NCBI GenBank assembly: GCA_963514005.1
Contig: OY740798.1
Coordinates: 44,516,001-44,580,000 of the forward strand
Direction of reading: 5' to 3'
DNA length: 64,000 bases
Source: Raja brachyura
Lineage: Eukaryota
Part shown: positions 15,101-30,100 of the stretch, one piece after another
How the letters are laid out: each line of letters begins with the position of its first letter
How positions within the stretch are numbered: position 1 is the stretch's first letter
Position numbers and translations under genes: made by a program
The notes under the pieces: model-generated
Database searches by the model: none
What the model saw: the letters and a program-made list of their open reading frames with translations, nothing else
What the model was told of the DNA's origin: nothing

Positions 15101-18100
15101 ATCGCAATGTAGGGGTGTTGAATTATATTGTTACAAGATGTTGCATTTTAGGATCATTTACACCAAATATATTGTGTAGCTCAATGGTTGCAAGAAGGTT
15201 ACATTGGAGCAACGACAAACTTTGACCCAAACATAAAAATCATGGAAAGAAATAAGATTCTATAATTTCTATTAACATGTATAGGATAATGCGTTCGCTT
15301 CATAATCTGATGCATTTCTGACAGTCATCTACACAAAGCTAAAGACTCAGGTAAACCTGTTACTTTGAAATGTGAACAGAAGATCACTTTGATTACTGAC
15401 ACACTTACCTGGTGACATTATATGTCCGTCAACATCACATGAACAGATTGTAGTTCCTTTTGACGTTGGTGTTACTGTCACTGTTGTAGCTGGTGTTGTG
15501 GTTTCTGTTGTTGTAGATGTACTTTCACATCTTCCTGTGTACTTCAGAACTTCACAATCCTCAGTACACAGAGTAAAGTTACAGAGGCCTGATTTACCTG
15601 CAGAAGTCACAGTTGCCTGACCTGGAGGCAAAGAAAAATATCAGGTTGTGTACACCTGAAGGCGATGTAACTGATGACTATCCTTATGTATGATGTTGAA
15701 GCTAGTTCATGTCTTTCACTTGGGAAATAAGTTTGAAATGTGTGAATATTATTTTGTCGTCTGCTTCAAGGATCAGGATGTTCTGAACCAAATCTGAGCA
15801 AACAGCATTGTCTGTGTTTTAGGAGCTGGTTGGCAGCGGTTTTTCTAGCTCTGTCATTAATGCAAACAAACACAATTTTTTCAACTGGGATGAATGGATG
15901 CAAAAAATGGGAATCAGTTTTCCTTGATGGTATTTGACAATGGTAGCTTTTAGACATAGGTGCTCTCAGGGAACTGCTGGACTCATCATTTCCAGACATT
16001 TCCCAGATATAGTGATGGCTTCTTAAGGACTCATGTGTAGCTTCACATCAGTTCTCCAAATTCTCTTTCCAGACTCTTTAAGTTTCTCAATATTCCAAGA
16101 TTCTATTGAGATTTGGAACAACACCAAGAGCCACCATGGAGACATACACACACTAGGAGCAGGAACTGCCTCTCAAATCCAATCCACCAGTCGTAGTGTT
16201 ATACAGCATGGAAACTCATCCAAGCTAACCAAATTACCTAATTGAATTTCCCATTTACCTGTGTTTGGCCCATAATCATTTGAACCTTAGAACACAGAGT
16301 AAAGTTACACGGCCCTGGTTTACCGGCAGACATCACCATTGCCTGACCTGGAGGCAAAGTAAAGAACCTGCAAGTAATATAATCCTAAAATATCTTTATC
16401 TCTGCTGATGTCTTTACTGGTTGGACAGTTCTTCCCAACAAGTAGATTGGATAAGATTGGAGAAAGAGGATTGTTCCCCTTACAATATAGGAGCGATTCT
16501 TCTATCCCCGATGAAACTCCAATATAATATATAAGAAGAATCCAATTATTCACAGTACAATACAAATTTGGAAACAAATAAAATTAACTTTGAAATTAAG
16601 AAATGTATCGCTTCATTCCCCAATAACTAACAATCCCGCATTCTATTATTGATAAAACGTTTATCCATTGGGAAATATTGGGAATTAAAATGATTGAAGA
16701 TATGTATGAAATGGGAAAACTTCTATCATTCCAATAATTACAACTAAAATATAACCTGAAAAGTAAACAATATTTCAAATATCTTCAAATTCAAGATTAT
16801 TTGAAAAAATATGTACAAGGATATCAAACTCGAACCTCAGATGTATTACAGGAAGGAGTGAATAGAAAGGCAGAATCAAGCAATTTAATATCATATTTAT
16901 AATATAACTTTAAATATAGAAATGACAGGCAATTAGAAGGGACTAGGAACAAGTTATTGATAAAAATTCCGAACGACAAGGGAATCTTTTTAATTATATG
17001 TACATAAATGTTCGATTAATGTAAGACATATCCTAATTCAATTAAAAATGTTACACAGATTATATTATTCGAAAACCAGATTGAATAAAATATTTCCAAA
17101 TGTCTCCCCTATTTGTGATAAATGTCTAACTCAAAATGCCACAAAAGCACATTCCATTGTCTCTTGTACAAAACTTCATAAATTTTGGAATGAAATCTTT
17201 GGAACTTTTGTAACTATTCAGCAAAAAATTGAACCCCAATACAGAACTGATTATCTTTGGATCAATGGAAGAGGGACGTAAATTAACTACATCCCAAGAA
17301 GCTCTCATTAATTATGGTTTAATAACAGTAAAAAAACATACTCAAATTCTGGAAAAACGCAACCACGCCAACGTTCAAAATGTGGATTTCAAATATGTCG
17401 GAAACGCTACATCTTGAAGAAATGAGATTCCTCCTACTAGGCAAAGTAGACCCATTCCTAAAGACTTGGTCTCCTTTTAGTGACTTCTTACAAGCATATG
17501 GTGCAACATAACATAACCTTAGAAATTAAATGGTTCAGAACCGGGTGACGGATGGGTAAAGGTACGAAATAGGTAGATCTCTCCTAATTTCTTTCCTCTC
17601 TACTTTCTCTTTTTCTTTCAATCTTCTTAGTTTTTCATCTCTGCTCTCCGTCTCTTTCGCTATCTGCTTCAACTCACTTGTCTATCTATCTCGACACCCT
17701 TTATATCCCTTTTTCTTTCACTAAATTAAATTAAAAATAAGAAGTTGTACAAGAATGGTAATGTGTATGTATGTATTAGGTACTTAGGTACCACACTACT
17801 GTACTTACTTCTAACAAAGATAATTAAAAATAAACAATAAAAAAAATCTCTGCTGACGACGCTGGTTCAAGCATTTCACTTAGTAAGTAAGTTTGAAATA
17901 TGAGAATATTATTTTGCAGAATGCATCAAAGATCGGGATGTTCTGAACCACATCTGTGCAAGCACCAGGGTCTGGTTGTGAAGCATAACATTTTGTCAAT
18001 GCTGGTTGCTGCTGACAGGCTGTGTAAAAGGGAATTGCAGAGTGAATGTAAAAGCACAATACAGGAATCAGCAGACGAATACTTGACAACTGCAGAACGG

Positions 18101-21100
18101 ATACTCAGTTGCATGATTCTTCTTGAGAGGAGATGGCAACGTCTCCTGAAGGTGCGTGATCAGGCGTGTACAATTAACCTTGGGAATGTGTGGATATACA
18201 TTTTCCCAATGAAAAGCAAGGGTGTGATTATTTGCCATCCGTTGCCAATCAATGCTGCTGCCATTTTCAGCTTTGGGATTATGGATTTCGTTGTCTTTTC
18301 ATTGTGAATGGAAGAGCTCTGTGATAATTGACACACTTACCAGGTAACATTATTCGCCCGTCATTCTCACAGGTACATGTGGTAGTTCCTCTTGATGTTG
18401 GTGTTACAGTCACTGTTGTAGATGCTGTTGTAGTTTCTGGTGTAGTGGTTGTTCTTTCACATTTTCCTGGGTACTTCATAACTTTACAATCTTCGGTACA
18501 CAGAATAAAGTTACAGAGGCCTGATTTACCAGTAGACGTCACAGTTGCCTGCCCTGGAGGCAAAGAAAAGCAAATCAGGTTGTAATTTCAAAGTGTTTGC
18601 ATCAAGAATCAAGAAATGATGTATCTGCTTTGATCAAACACAGTGCGTGACTTCATATCGTAGATTGTGGCTATCTGGCCTTGTAAAAGGGAATTGCGGG
18701 GTGAATATAATACAGAAATCAGTCGAAGTGTGATTGGCAATTGCAGTCAGGTTACTCAGTTGCGTAGTTCATTTTTGAGCAGAAATAACTTTGGATTTTA
18801 AACTATTAAGAGCTTCAACCACATTAACTCAAATGGAAAAAACTAAGAAAGCAAAAAGATTCAATAATTTATGTTGACATGATTAGAACTGTGCATCAAC
18901 TTCATAATTGGATGCATTTCTTGCTATCATCTGCACTTAGCAAGAGACAGATGAAGGTTCCATACATGTGTTAAAGAAGGAACTGCAGATGCTGGAGAAT
19001 CGAGGGTACACAAAAGGCTGGAGAAACTCAGCGGGTGCAGCAGCATCTAAGGAGCAAAGGAGATAGGCGACGTTTCGGGTCGAGACCCATCTTCCATAGA
19101 TGCTGTGTCACCTGCTGAGTTTCACCAACATTTTTGTCTGCCCAAGAGACAGCTGTAAAGCTCTTTCTGTGAAATGTGAACAGAAGATCACTTTGATTAC
19201 TGACACACTTACCTGGTGACATTATATGTCCGTCAACATCACATGAACAGATTGTAGTTCCTTTTGACGTTGGTGTTACTGTCACTGTTGTAGCTGGTGT
19301 TGTGGTTTCTGTTGTTGTAGATGTACTTTCACATCTTCCTGTGTACTTCAGAACTTCACAATCCTCAGTACACAGAGTAAAGTTACAGAGGCCTGATTTA
19401 CCTGCAGAAGTCACAGTTGCCTGACCTGGAGGCAAAGAAAGAAATATCAGGTTGTGTACACCTGAAGGTGATGTAACTGATGACTATCTTTATGTATGAT
19501 GTTGAAGCTGGTTCATGTCTTTCACTTGGGAAATAAGTTTGAAATGTGTGAATATCATTTTGCCGACTGCATCAAGGATCAGGATATTCTGAACCAAATC
19601 TGAGCAAACAGCATTGTCTGTGTTTTAGGAGCTGGTTGGCAGCGGTTTTTCTAGCTCTGTCATTAATGCAAACAAACACAATGTTTTTCAACTGGGATGA
19701 ATTGATACAAAGAATGGGTTTTCCTTGATGGTGTTTGAGATTGGTAGCTTTTAGATATCGGTGCTTTCAGGGAACTGCTGGACTCATCATTTCCATTCAT
19801 TTCCCAGATACTGTGATGTCTCCTTAAGGACTCATGTGTAGCTTCACATCAGTTCTCCAAATTCTCTTTCCAGACTCTTTAAGCTTCACAATATTCCAAG
19901 ATTCTTCTGAGATTTGGAACACCAACAGCAACCATGTAGACAAACACACACTAGGAGCAGGAAGTACATCTCAAATCCAATCCACCAGTGTCATAGTGTT
20001 ATGCAGCATGGAAACTCATCGAAGCTAACCAAATTGCCTAATTGAATGTCCCATTTACCTGTGTTTGGCCCATAATCATTTGAACCTTAGTACACAGAGT
20101 AAAGATTGACCATTGCCTGACGTGGAGGCAAAGTAAAGAAAATCAGGGTTTGTGAACGTGCGTGTTATATAATCATAAAATATCTTTATCTCTGATGATG
20201 ACGCTGGTTCAAGCATTTCACTTAGTAAGTAAGTTTGAAATATGAGAATATTATTTTGCAGAATGCATCAAAGATCGGGATGTTGTGAACCACATCTGTG
20301 CAAGCACCAGTATCTGGTTGTGAAGCATAACATTTTGTCAATGCTGGTTGCTGCTGACAGGCTGTGTAAAAGGGAATTGCAGAGTGAATGTAAAAGCACA
20401 ATACAGGAATCAGCAGACGAATACTTGACAACTGCAGAACGGATACTCAGTTGCATGATTCTTCTTGAGAGGAGATGGCAACGTCTCCTGAAGGTGCGTG
20501 ATCAGGCGTGTACAATTAACCTTGGGAATGTGTGGATATACATTTTCCCAATGAAAAGCAAGGGTGTGATTATTTGCCATCCGTTGCCAATCAATGCTGC
20601 TGCCATTTTCAGCTTTGGGATTATGGATTTCGTTGTCTTTTCATTGTGAATGGAAGAGCTCTGTGATAATTGACACACTTACCAGGTAACATTATTCGCC
20701 CGTCATTCTCACAGGTACATGTGGTAGTTCCTCTTGATGTTGGTGTTACAGTCACTGTTGTAGATGCTGTTGTAGTTTCTGGTGTAGTGGTTGTTCTTTC
20801 ACATTTTCCTGTGTACTTCATAACTTTACAATCTTCGGTACACAGAATAAAGTTACAGAGGCCTGATTTACCAGTAGACGTCACAGTTGCCTGCCCTGGA
20901 GGCAAAGAAAAGCAAATCAGGTTGTAATTTCAAAGTGTTTGCATCAAGAATCAAGAAATGATGTACCTGCTTTGATCAAACACAGTGCGTGACTTCATAT
21001 CGTAGATTGTGGCTATCTGGCCTTGTAAAAGGGAATTGCGGGGTGAATATAATACAGAAATCAGTCGAAGTGTGATTGGCAATTGCAGTCAGGTTACTCA

Positions 21101-24100
21101 GTTGCGTAGTTCATTTTTGAGCAGAAATAACTTTGGATTTTAAACTATTAAGAGCTTCAACCACATTAACTCAAATGGAAAAAACTAAGAAAGCAAAAAG
21201 ATTCAATAATTTATGTTGACATGATTAGAACTGTGCATCAACTTCATAATTGGATGCATTTCTTGCTATCATCTGCACTTAGCAAGAGACAGATGAAGGT
21301 TCCATACATGTGTTAAAGAAGGAACTGCAGATGCTGGAGAATCGAGGGTACACAAAAGGCTGGAGAAACTCAGCGGGTGCAGCAGCATCTAAGGAGCAAA
21401 GGAGATAGGCGACGTTTCGGGTCGAGACCCATCTTCCATAGATGCTGTGTCACCTGCTGAGTTTCACCAACATTTTTGTCTACCCAAGAGACAGCTGTAA
21501 AGCTCTTTCTGTGAAATGTGAACAGAAGATCACTTTAATTACTGACACACTTACCTGGTGACATTATATGTCCGTCAACATCACATGAACAGATTGTAGT
21601 TCCTTTTGACGTTGGTGTTACTGTCACTGTTGTAGCTGGTGTTGTGGTTTCTGTTGTTGTAGATGTACTTTCACATCTTCCTGTGTACTTCAGAACTTCA
21701 CAATCCTCAGTACACAGAGTAAAGTTACAGAGGCCTGATTTACCTGCAGAAGTCACAGTTGCCTGACCTGGAGGCAAAGAAAGAAATATCAGGTTGTGTA
21801 CACCTGAAGGTGATGTAACTGATGACTATCTTTATGTATGATGTTGAAGCTGGTTCATGTCTTTCACTTGGGAAATAAGTTTGAAATGTGTGAATATCAT
21901 TTTGCCGACTGCATCAAGGATCAGGATATTCTGAACCAAATCTGAGCAAACAGCATTGTCTGTGTTTTAGGAGCTGGTTGGCAGCGGTTTTTCTAGCTCT
22001 GTCATTAATGCAAACAAACACAATGTTTTTCAACTGGGATGAATTGATACAAAGAATGGGTTTTCCTTGATGGTGTTTGAGATTGGTAGCTTTTAGATAT
22101 CGGTGCTTTCAGGGAACTGCTGGACTCATCATTTCCATTCATTTCCCAGATACTGTGATGTCTCCTTAAGGACTCATGTGTAGCTTCACATCAGTTCTCC
22201 AAATTCTCTTTCCAGACTCTTTAAGCTTCACAATATTCCAAGATTCTTCTGAGATTTGGAACACCAACAGCAACCATGTAGACAAACACACACTAGGAGC
22301 AGGAAGTACATCTCAAATCCAATCCACCAGTGTCATAGTGTTATGCAGCATGGAAACTCATCGAAGCTAACCAAATTGCCTAATTGAATGTCCCATTTAC
22401 CTGTGTTTGGCCCATAATCATTTGAACCTTAGTACACAGAGTAAAGATTGACCATTGCCTGACGTGGAGGCAAAGTAAAGAAAATCAGGGTTTGTGAACG
22501 TGCGTGTTATATAATCATAAAATATCTTTATCTCTGATGATGACGCTGGTTCAAGCATTTCACTTAGTAAGTAAGTTTGAAATATGAGAATATTATTTTG
22601 CAGAATGCATCAAAGATCGGGATGTTGTGAACCACATCTGTGCAAGCACCAGGGTCTGGTTGTGAAGCATAACATTTTGTCAATGCTGGTTGCTGCTGAC
22701 AGGCTGTGTAAAAGGGAATTGCAGAGTGAATGTAAAAGCACAATACAGGAATCAGCAGACGAATACTTGACAACTGCAGAACGGATACTCAGTTGCATGA
22801 TTCTTCTTGCGAGGAGATGGCAATGTCTCCTGAAGGTGCGTGATCAGGCGTGTACAATTAACCTTGGGAATGTGTGGATATACATTTTCCCAATGAAAAG
22901 CAAGGGTGTGATTATTTGCCATCCGTTGCCAATCAATGCTGCTGCCATTTTCAGCTTTGGGATTATGGATTTCGTTGTCTTTTCATTGTGAATGGAAGAG
23001 CTCTGTGATAATTGACACACTTACCAGGTAACATTATTCGCCCGTCATTCTCACAGGTACATGTGGTAGTTCCTCTTGATGTTGGTGTTACTGTCACTGT
23101 TGTAGATGCTGTTGTAGTTTCTGGTGTAGTGGTTGTTCTTTCACATTTTCCTGTGTACTTCATAACTTTACAATCTTCGGTACACAGAATAAAGTTACAG
23201 AGGCCTGATTTACCAGTAGACGTCACAGTTGCCTGCCCTGGAGGCAAAGAAAAGCAAATCAGGTTGTAATTTCAAAGTGTTTGCATCAAGAATCAAGAAA
23301 TGATGTACCTGCTTTGATCAAACACAGTGCGTGACTTCATATCGTAGATTGTGGCTGTCTGGCCTTGTAAAAGGGAATTGCGGGGTGAATATAATACAGA
23401 AATCAGTCGAAGTGTGATTGGCAATTGCAGTCAGGTTACTCAGTTGCGTAGTTCATTTTTGGGCAGAAATAACTTTGGATTTTAAACTATTAAGAGCTTC
23501 AACCACATTAACTCAAATGGAAAAAACTAAGAAAGCAAAAAGATTCAATAATTAATGTTGACATGATTAGAACTGTGCATCAACTTCATAATTGGATGCA
23601 TTTCTTGCTATCATCTGCACTTAGCAAGAGACAGATGAAGTTTCCATACATGTGTTAAAGAAGGAACTGCAGATGCTGGAGAATCGAGGGTACACAAAAG
23701 GCTGGAGAAACTCAGCGGGTGCAGCAGCATCTAAGGAGCAAAGGAGATAGGCGACGTTTCGGGTCGAGACCCATCTTCCATAGATGCTGTGTCACCTGCT
23801 GAGTTTCACCAACATTTTTGTCTGCCCAAGAGACAGCTGTAAAGCTCTTTCTGTGAAATGTGAACAGAAGATCACTTTGATTACTGACACACTTACCTGG
23901 TGACATTATATGTCCGTCAACATCACATGAACAGATTGTAGTTCCTTTTGACGTTGGTGTTACTGTCACTGTTGTAGCTGGTGTTGTGGTTTCTGTTGTT
24001 GTAGATGTACTTTCACATCTTCCTGTGTACTTCAGAACTTCACAATCCTCAGTACACAGAGTAAAGTTACAGAGGCCTGATTTACCTGCAGAAGTCACAG

Positions 24101-27100
24101 TTGCCTGACCTGGAGGCAAAGAAAGAAATATCAGGTTGTGTACACCTGAAGGTGATGTAACTGATGACTATCTTTATGTATGATGTTGAAGCTGGTTCAT
24201 GTCTTTCACTTGGGAAATAAGTTTGAAATGTGTGAATATCATTTTGCCGACTGCATCAAGGATCAGGATATTCTGAACCAAATCTGAGCAAACAGCATTG
24301 TCTGTGTTTTAGGAGCTGGTTGGCAGCGGTTTTTCTAGCTCTGTCATTAATGCAAACAAACACAATGTTTTTCAACTGGGATGAATTGATACAAAGAATG
24401 GGTTTTCCTTGATGGTGTTTGAGATTGGTAGCTTTTAGATATCGGTGCTTTCAGGGAACTGCTGGACTCATCATTTCCATTCATTTCCCAGATACAGTGA
24501 TGTCTCCTTAAGGACTCATGTGTAGCTTCACATCAGTTCTCCAAATTCTCTTTCCAGACTCTTTAAGCTTCACAATATTCCAAGATTCTTCTGAGATTTG
24601 GAACACCAACAGCAACCATGTAGACAAACACACACTAGGAGCAGGAAGTACATCTCAAATCCAATCCACCAGTGTCATAGTGTTATGCAGCATGGAAACT
24701 CATCGAAGCTAACCAAATTGCCTAATTGAATGTCCCATTTACCTGTGTTTGGCCTATAATGATTTGAACCTTAGTACACAGAGTAAAGATTGACCATTGC
24801 CTGACGTGGAGGCAAAGTAAAGAAAATCAGGGTTTGTGAACGTGCGTGTTATATAATCATAAAATATCTTTATCTCTGATGATGACGCTGGTTCAAGCAT
24901 TTCACTTAGTAAGTAAGTTTGAAATATGAGAATATTATTTTGCAGAATGCATCAAAGATCGGGATGTTGTGAACCACATCTGTGCAAGCACCAGGGTCTG
25001 GTTGTGAAGCATAACATTTTGTCAATGCTGGTTGCTGCTGACAGGCTGTGTAAAAGGGAATTGCAGAGTGAATGTAAAAGCACAATACAGGAATCAGCAG
25101 ACGAATACTTGACAACTGCAGAACGGATACTCAGTTGCATGATTCTTCTTGCGAGGAGATGGCAATGTCTCCTGAAGGTGCGTGATCAGGCGTGTACAAT
25201 TAACCTTGGGAATGTGTGGATATACATTTTCCCAATGAAAAGCAAGGGTGTGATTATTTGCCATCCGTTGCCAATCAATGCTGCTGCCATTTTCAGCTTT
25301 GGGATTATGGATTTCGTTGTCTTTTCATTGTGAATGGAAGAGCTCTGTGATAATTGACACACTTACCAGGTAACATTATTCGCCCGTCATTCTCACAGGT
25401 ACATGTGGTAGTTCCTCTTGATGTTGGTGTTACAGTCACTGTTGTAGATGCTGTTGTAGTTTCTGGTGTAGTGGTTGTTCTTTCACATTTTCCTGTGTAC
25501 TTCATAACTTTACAATCTTCGGTACACAGAATAAAGTTACAGAGGCCTGATTTACCAGTAGACGTCACAGTTGCCTGCCCTGGAGGCAAAGAAAAGCAAA
25601 TCAGGTTGTAATTTCAAAGTGTTTGCATCAAGAATGAAGAAATGATGTACCTGCTTTGATCAAACACAGTGCGTGACTTCATATCGTAGATTGTGGCTGT
25701 CTGGCCTTGTAAAAGGGAATTGCGGGGTGAATATAATACAGAAATCAGTCGAAGTGTGATTGGCAATTGCAGTCAGGTTACTCAGTTGCGTAGTTCATTT
25801 TTGAGCAGAAATAACTTTGGATTTTAAACTATTAAGAGCTTCAACCACATTAACTCAAATGGAAAAAACTAAGAAAGCAAAAAGATTCAATAATTAATGT
25901 TGACATGATTAGAACTGTGCATCAACTTCATACTTGGATGCATTTCTTGCTATCATCTGCACTTAGCAAGAGACAGATGAAGGTTCCATACATGTGTTAA
26001 AGAAGGAACTGCAGATGCTGGAGAATCGAGGGTACACAAAAGGCTGGAGAAACTCAGCGGGTGCAGCAGCATCTAAGGAGCAAAGGAGATAGGCGACGTT
26101 TCGGGTCGAGACCCATCTTCCATAGATGCTGTGTCACCTGCTGAGTTTCACCAACATTTTTGTCTGCCCAAGAGACAGCTGTAAAGCTCTTTCTGTGAAA
26201 TGTGAACAGAAGATCACTTTAATTACTGACACACTTACCTGGTGACATTATATGTCCGTCAACATCACATGAACAGATTGTAGTTCCTTTTGACGTTGGT
26301 GTTACTGTCACTGTTGTAGCTGGTGTTGTGGTTTCTGTTGTTGTAGATGTACTTTCACATCTTCCTGTGTACTTCAGAACTTCACAATCCTCAGTACACA
26401 GAGTAAAGTTACAGAGGCCTGATTTACCTGCAGAAGTCACAGTTGCCTGACCTGGAGGCAAAGAAATAAATATCAGGTTGTGTACACCTGAAGGTGATGT
26501 AACTGATGACTATCCTTATGTATGATGTTGAAGCTGGTTCATGTCTTTCACTTGGGAAATAAGTTTGAAATGTGTGAATATTATTTTGCCGACTGCATCA
26601 AGGATCAGGATATTCTGAACCAAATCTGAGCAAACAGCATTGTCTGTGTTTTAGGAGCTGGTTGGCAGCGGTTTTTCTAGCTCTGTCATTAATGCAAACA
26701 AACACAATGTTTTTCAACTGGGATGAATTGATACAAAAAATGGGTTTTCCTTGATGGTGTTTGAGATTGGCAGCTTTCAGATATCGGTGCTTTCAGGGAA
26801 CTGCTGGACTCATCATTTCCATTCATTTCCCAGATACAGTGATGTCTCCTTAAGGACTCATGTGTAGCTTCACATCAGTTCTCCAAATTCTCTTTCCAGA
26901 CTCTTTAAGCTTCACAATATTCCAAGATTCTTCTGAGATTTGGAACACCAACAGCAACCATGTAGACAAACACACACTAGGAGCAGGAAGTACATCTCAA
27001 ATCCAATCCACCAGTGTCATAGTGTTATGCAGCATGGAAACTCATCGAAGCTAACCAAATTGCCTAATTGAATGTCCCATTTACCTGTGTTTGGCCCATA

Positions 27101-30100
27101 ATCATTTGAACCTTAGTACACAGAGTAAAGATTGACCATTGCCTGGCGTGGAGGCAAAGTAAAGGAAATCAGGGTTTGTGAACGTGCGTGTTATATAATC
27201 ATAAAATATCTTTATCTCTGATGATGACGCTGGTTCAAGCATTTCACTTAGTAAGTAAGTTTGAAATATGAGAATATTATTTTGCAGAATGCATCAAAGA
27301 TCGGGATGTTGTGAACCACATCTGTGCAAGCACCAGGGTCTGGTTGTGAAGCATAACATTTTGTCAATGCTGGTTGCTGCTGACAGGCTGTGTAAAAGGG
27401 AATTGCAGAGTGAATGTAAAAGCACAATACAGGAATCAGCAGACGAATACTTGACAACTGCAGAACGGATACTCAGTTGCATGATTCTTCTTGCGAGGAG
27501 ATGGCAACGTCTCCTGAAGGTGCGTGATCAGGCGTGTACAACTAACCTTGGGAATGTGTGGATATACATTTTCCCAATGAAAAGCAAGGGTGTGATTATT
27601 TGCCATCCGTTGCCAATCAATGCTGCTGCCATTTTCAGCTTTGGGATTATGGATTTCGTTGTCTTTTCATTGTGAATGGAAGAGCTCTGTGATAATTGAC
27701 ACACTTACCAGGTAACATTATTCGCCCGTCATTCTCACAGGTACATGTGGTAGTTCCTCTTGATGTTGGTGTTACAGTCACTGTTGTAGATGCTGTTGTA
27801 GTTTCTGGTGTAGTGGTTGTTCTTTCACATTTTCCTGTGTACTTCATAACTTTACAATCTTCGGTACACAGAATAAAGTTACAGAGGCCTGATTTACCAG
27901 TAGACGTCACAGTTGCCTGCCCTGGAGGCAAAGAAAAGAAAATCAGGTTGTAATTTCAAAGTGTTTGCATCAAGAATCAAGAAATGATGTACCTGCTTTG
28001 ATCAAACACAGTGCGTGATTTCATATTGTAGATTGTGGCTGGCTGGCCTTGTAAAAGGGAATTGCGGGGTGAATATAATACAGAAATCAGTCGAAGTGTG
28101 ATTGGCAATTGCAGTCAGGTTACTCAGTTGCGTAGTTCATTTTTGGGCAGAAATAACTTTGGATTTTAAACTATTAAGAGCTTCAACCACATTAACTCAA
28201 ATGGAAAAAACTAAGAAAGCAAAAAGATTCAATAATTTATGTTGACATGATTAGAACTGTGCATCAACTTCATAATTGGATGCATTTCTTGCTGTCATCT
28301 GCACTTAGCAAGAGACAGATGAAGGTTCCATACATGTGTTAAAGAAGGAACTGCAGATGCTGGAGAATCGAGGGTACACAAAAGGCTGGAGAAACTCAGC
28401 GGGTGCAGCAGCATCTAAGGAGCAAAGGAGATAGGCGACGTTTCGGGTCGAGACCCATCTTCCATAGATGCTGTGTCACCTGCTGAGTTTCACCAACATT
28501 TTTGTCTACCCAAGAGACAGCTGTAAAGCTCTTTCTGTGAAATGTGAACAGAAGATCACTTTGATTACTGACACACTTACCTGGTGACATTATATGTCCG
28601 TCAACATCACATGAACAGATTGTAGTTCCTTTTGACGTTGGTGTTACTGTCACTGTTGTAGCTGGTGTTGTGGTTTCTGTTGTTGTAGATGTACTTTCAC
28701 ATCTTCCTGTGTACTTCAGAACTTCACAATCCTCAGTACACAGAGTAAAGTTACAGAGGCCTGATTTACCTGCAGAAGTCACAGTTGCCTGACCTGGAGG
28801 CAAAGAAAGAAATATCAGGTTGTGTACACCTGAAGGTGATGTAACTGATGACTATCTTTATGTATGATGTTGAAGCTGGTTCATGTCTTTCACTTGGGAA
28901 ATAAGTTTGAAATGTGTGAATATCATTTTGCCGACTGCATCAAGGATCAGGATATTCTGAACCAAATCTGAGCAAACAGCATTGTCTGTGTTTTAGGAGC
29001 TGGTTGGCAGCGGTTTTTCTAGCTCTGTCATTAATGCAAACAAACACAATGTTTTTCAACTGGGATGAATTGATACAAAGAATGGGTTTTCCTTGATGGT
29101 GTTTGAGATTGGTAGCTTTTAGATATCGGTGCTTTCAGGGAACTGCTGGACTCATCATTTCCATTCATTTCCCAGATACTGTGATGTCTCCTTAAGGACT
29201 CATGTGTAGCTTCACATCAGTTCTCCAAATTCTCTTTCCAGACTCTTTAAGCTTCACAATATTCCAAGATTCTTCTGAGATTTGGAACACCAACAGCAAC
29301 CATGTAGACAAACACACACTAGGAGCAGGAAGTACATCTCAAATCCAATCCACCAGTGTCATAGTGTTATGCAGCATGGAAACTCATCGAAGCTAACCAA
29401 ATTGCCTAATTGAATGTCCCATTTACCTGTGTTTGGCCCATAATCATTTGAACCTTAGTACACAGAGTAAAGATTGACCATTGCCTGACGTGGAGGCAAA
29501 GTAAAGAAAATCAGGGTTTGTGAACGTGCGTGTTATATAATCATAAAATATCTTTATCTCTGATGATGACGCTGGTTCAAGCATTTCACTTAGTAAGTAA
29601 GTTTGAAATATGAGAATATTATTTTGCAGAATGCATCAAAGATCGGGATGTTCTGAACCACATCTGTGCAAGCACCAGGGTCTGGTTGTGAAGCATAACA
29701 TTTTGTCAATGCTGGTTGCTGCTGACAGGCTGTGTAAAAGGGAATTGCAGAGTGAATGTAAAAGCACAATACAGGAATCAGCAGACGAATACTTGACAAC
29801 TGCAGAACGGATACTCAGTTGCATGATTCTTCTTGCGAGGAGATGGCAATGTCTCCTGAAGGTGCGTGATCAGGCGTGTACAATTAACCTTGGGAATGTG
29901 TGGATATACATTTTCCCAATGAAAAGCAAGGGTGTGATTATTTGCCATCCGTTGCCAATCAATGCTGCTGCCATTTTCAGCTTTGGGATTATGGATTTCG
30001 TTGTCTTTTCATTGTGAATGGAAGAGCTCTGTGATAATTGACACACTTACCAGGTAACATTATTCGCCCGTCATTCTCACAGGTACATGTGGTAGTTCCT

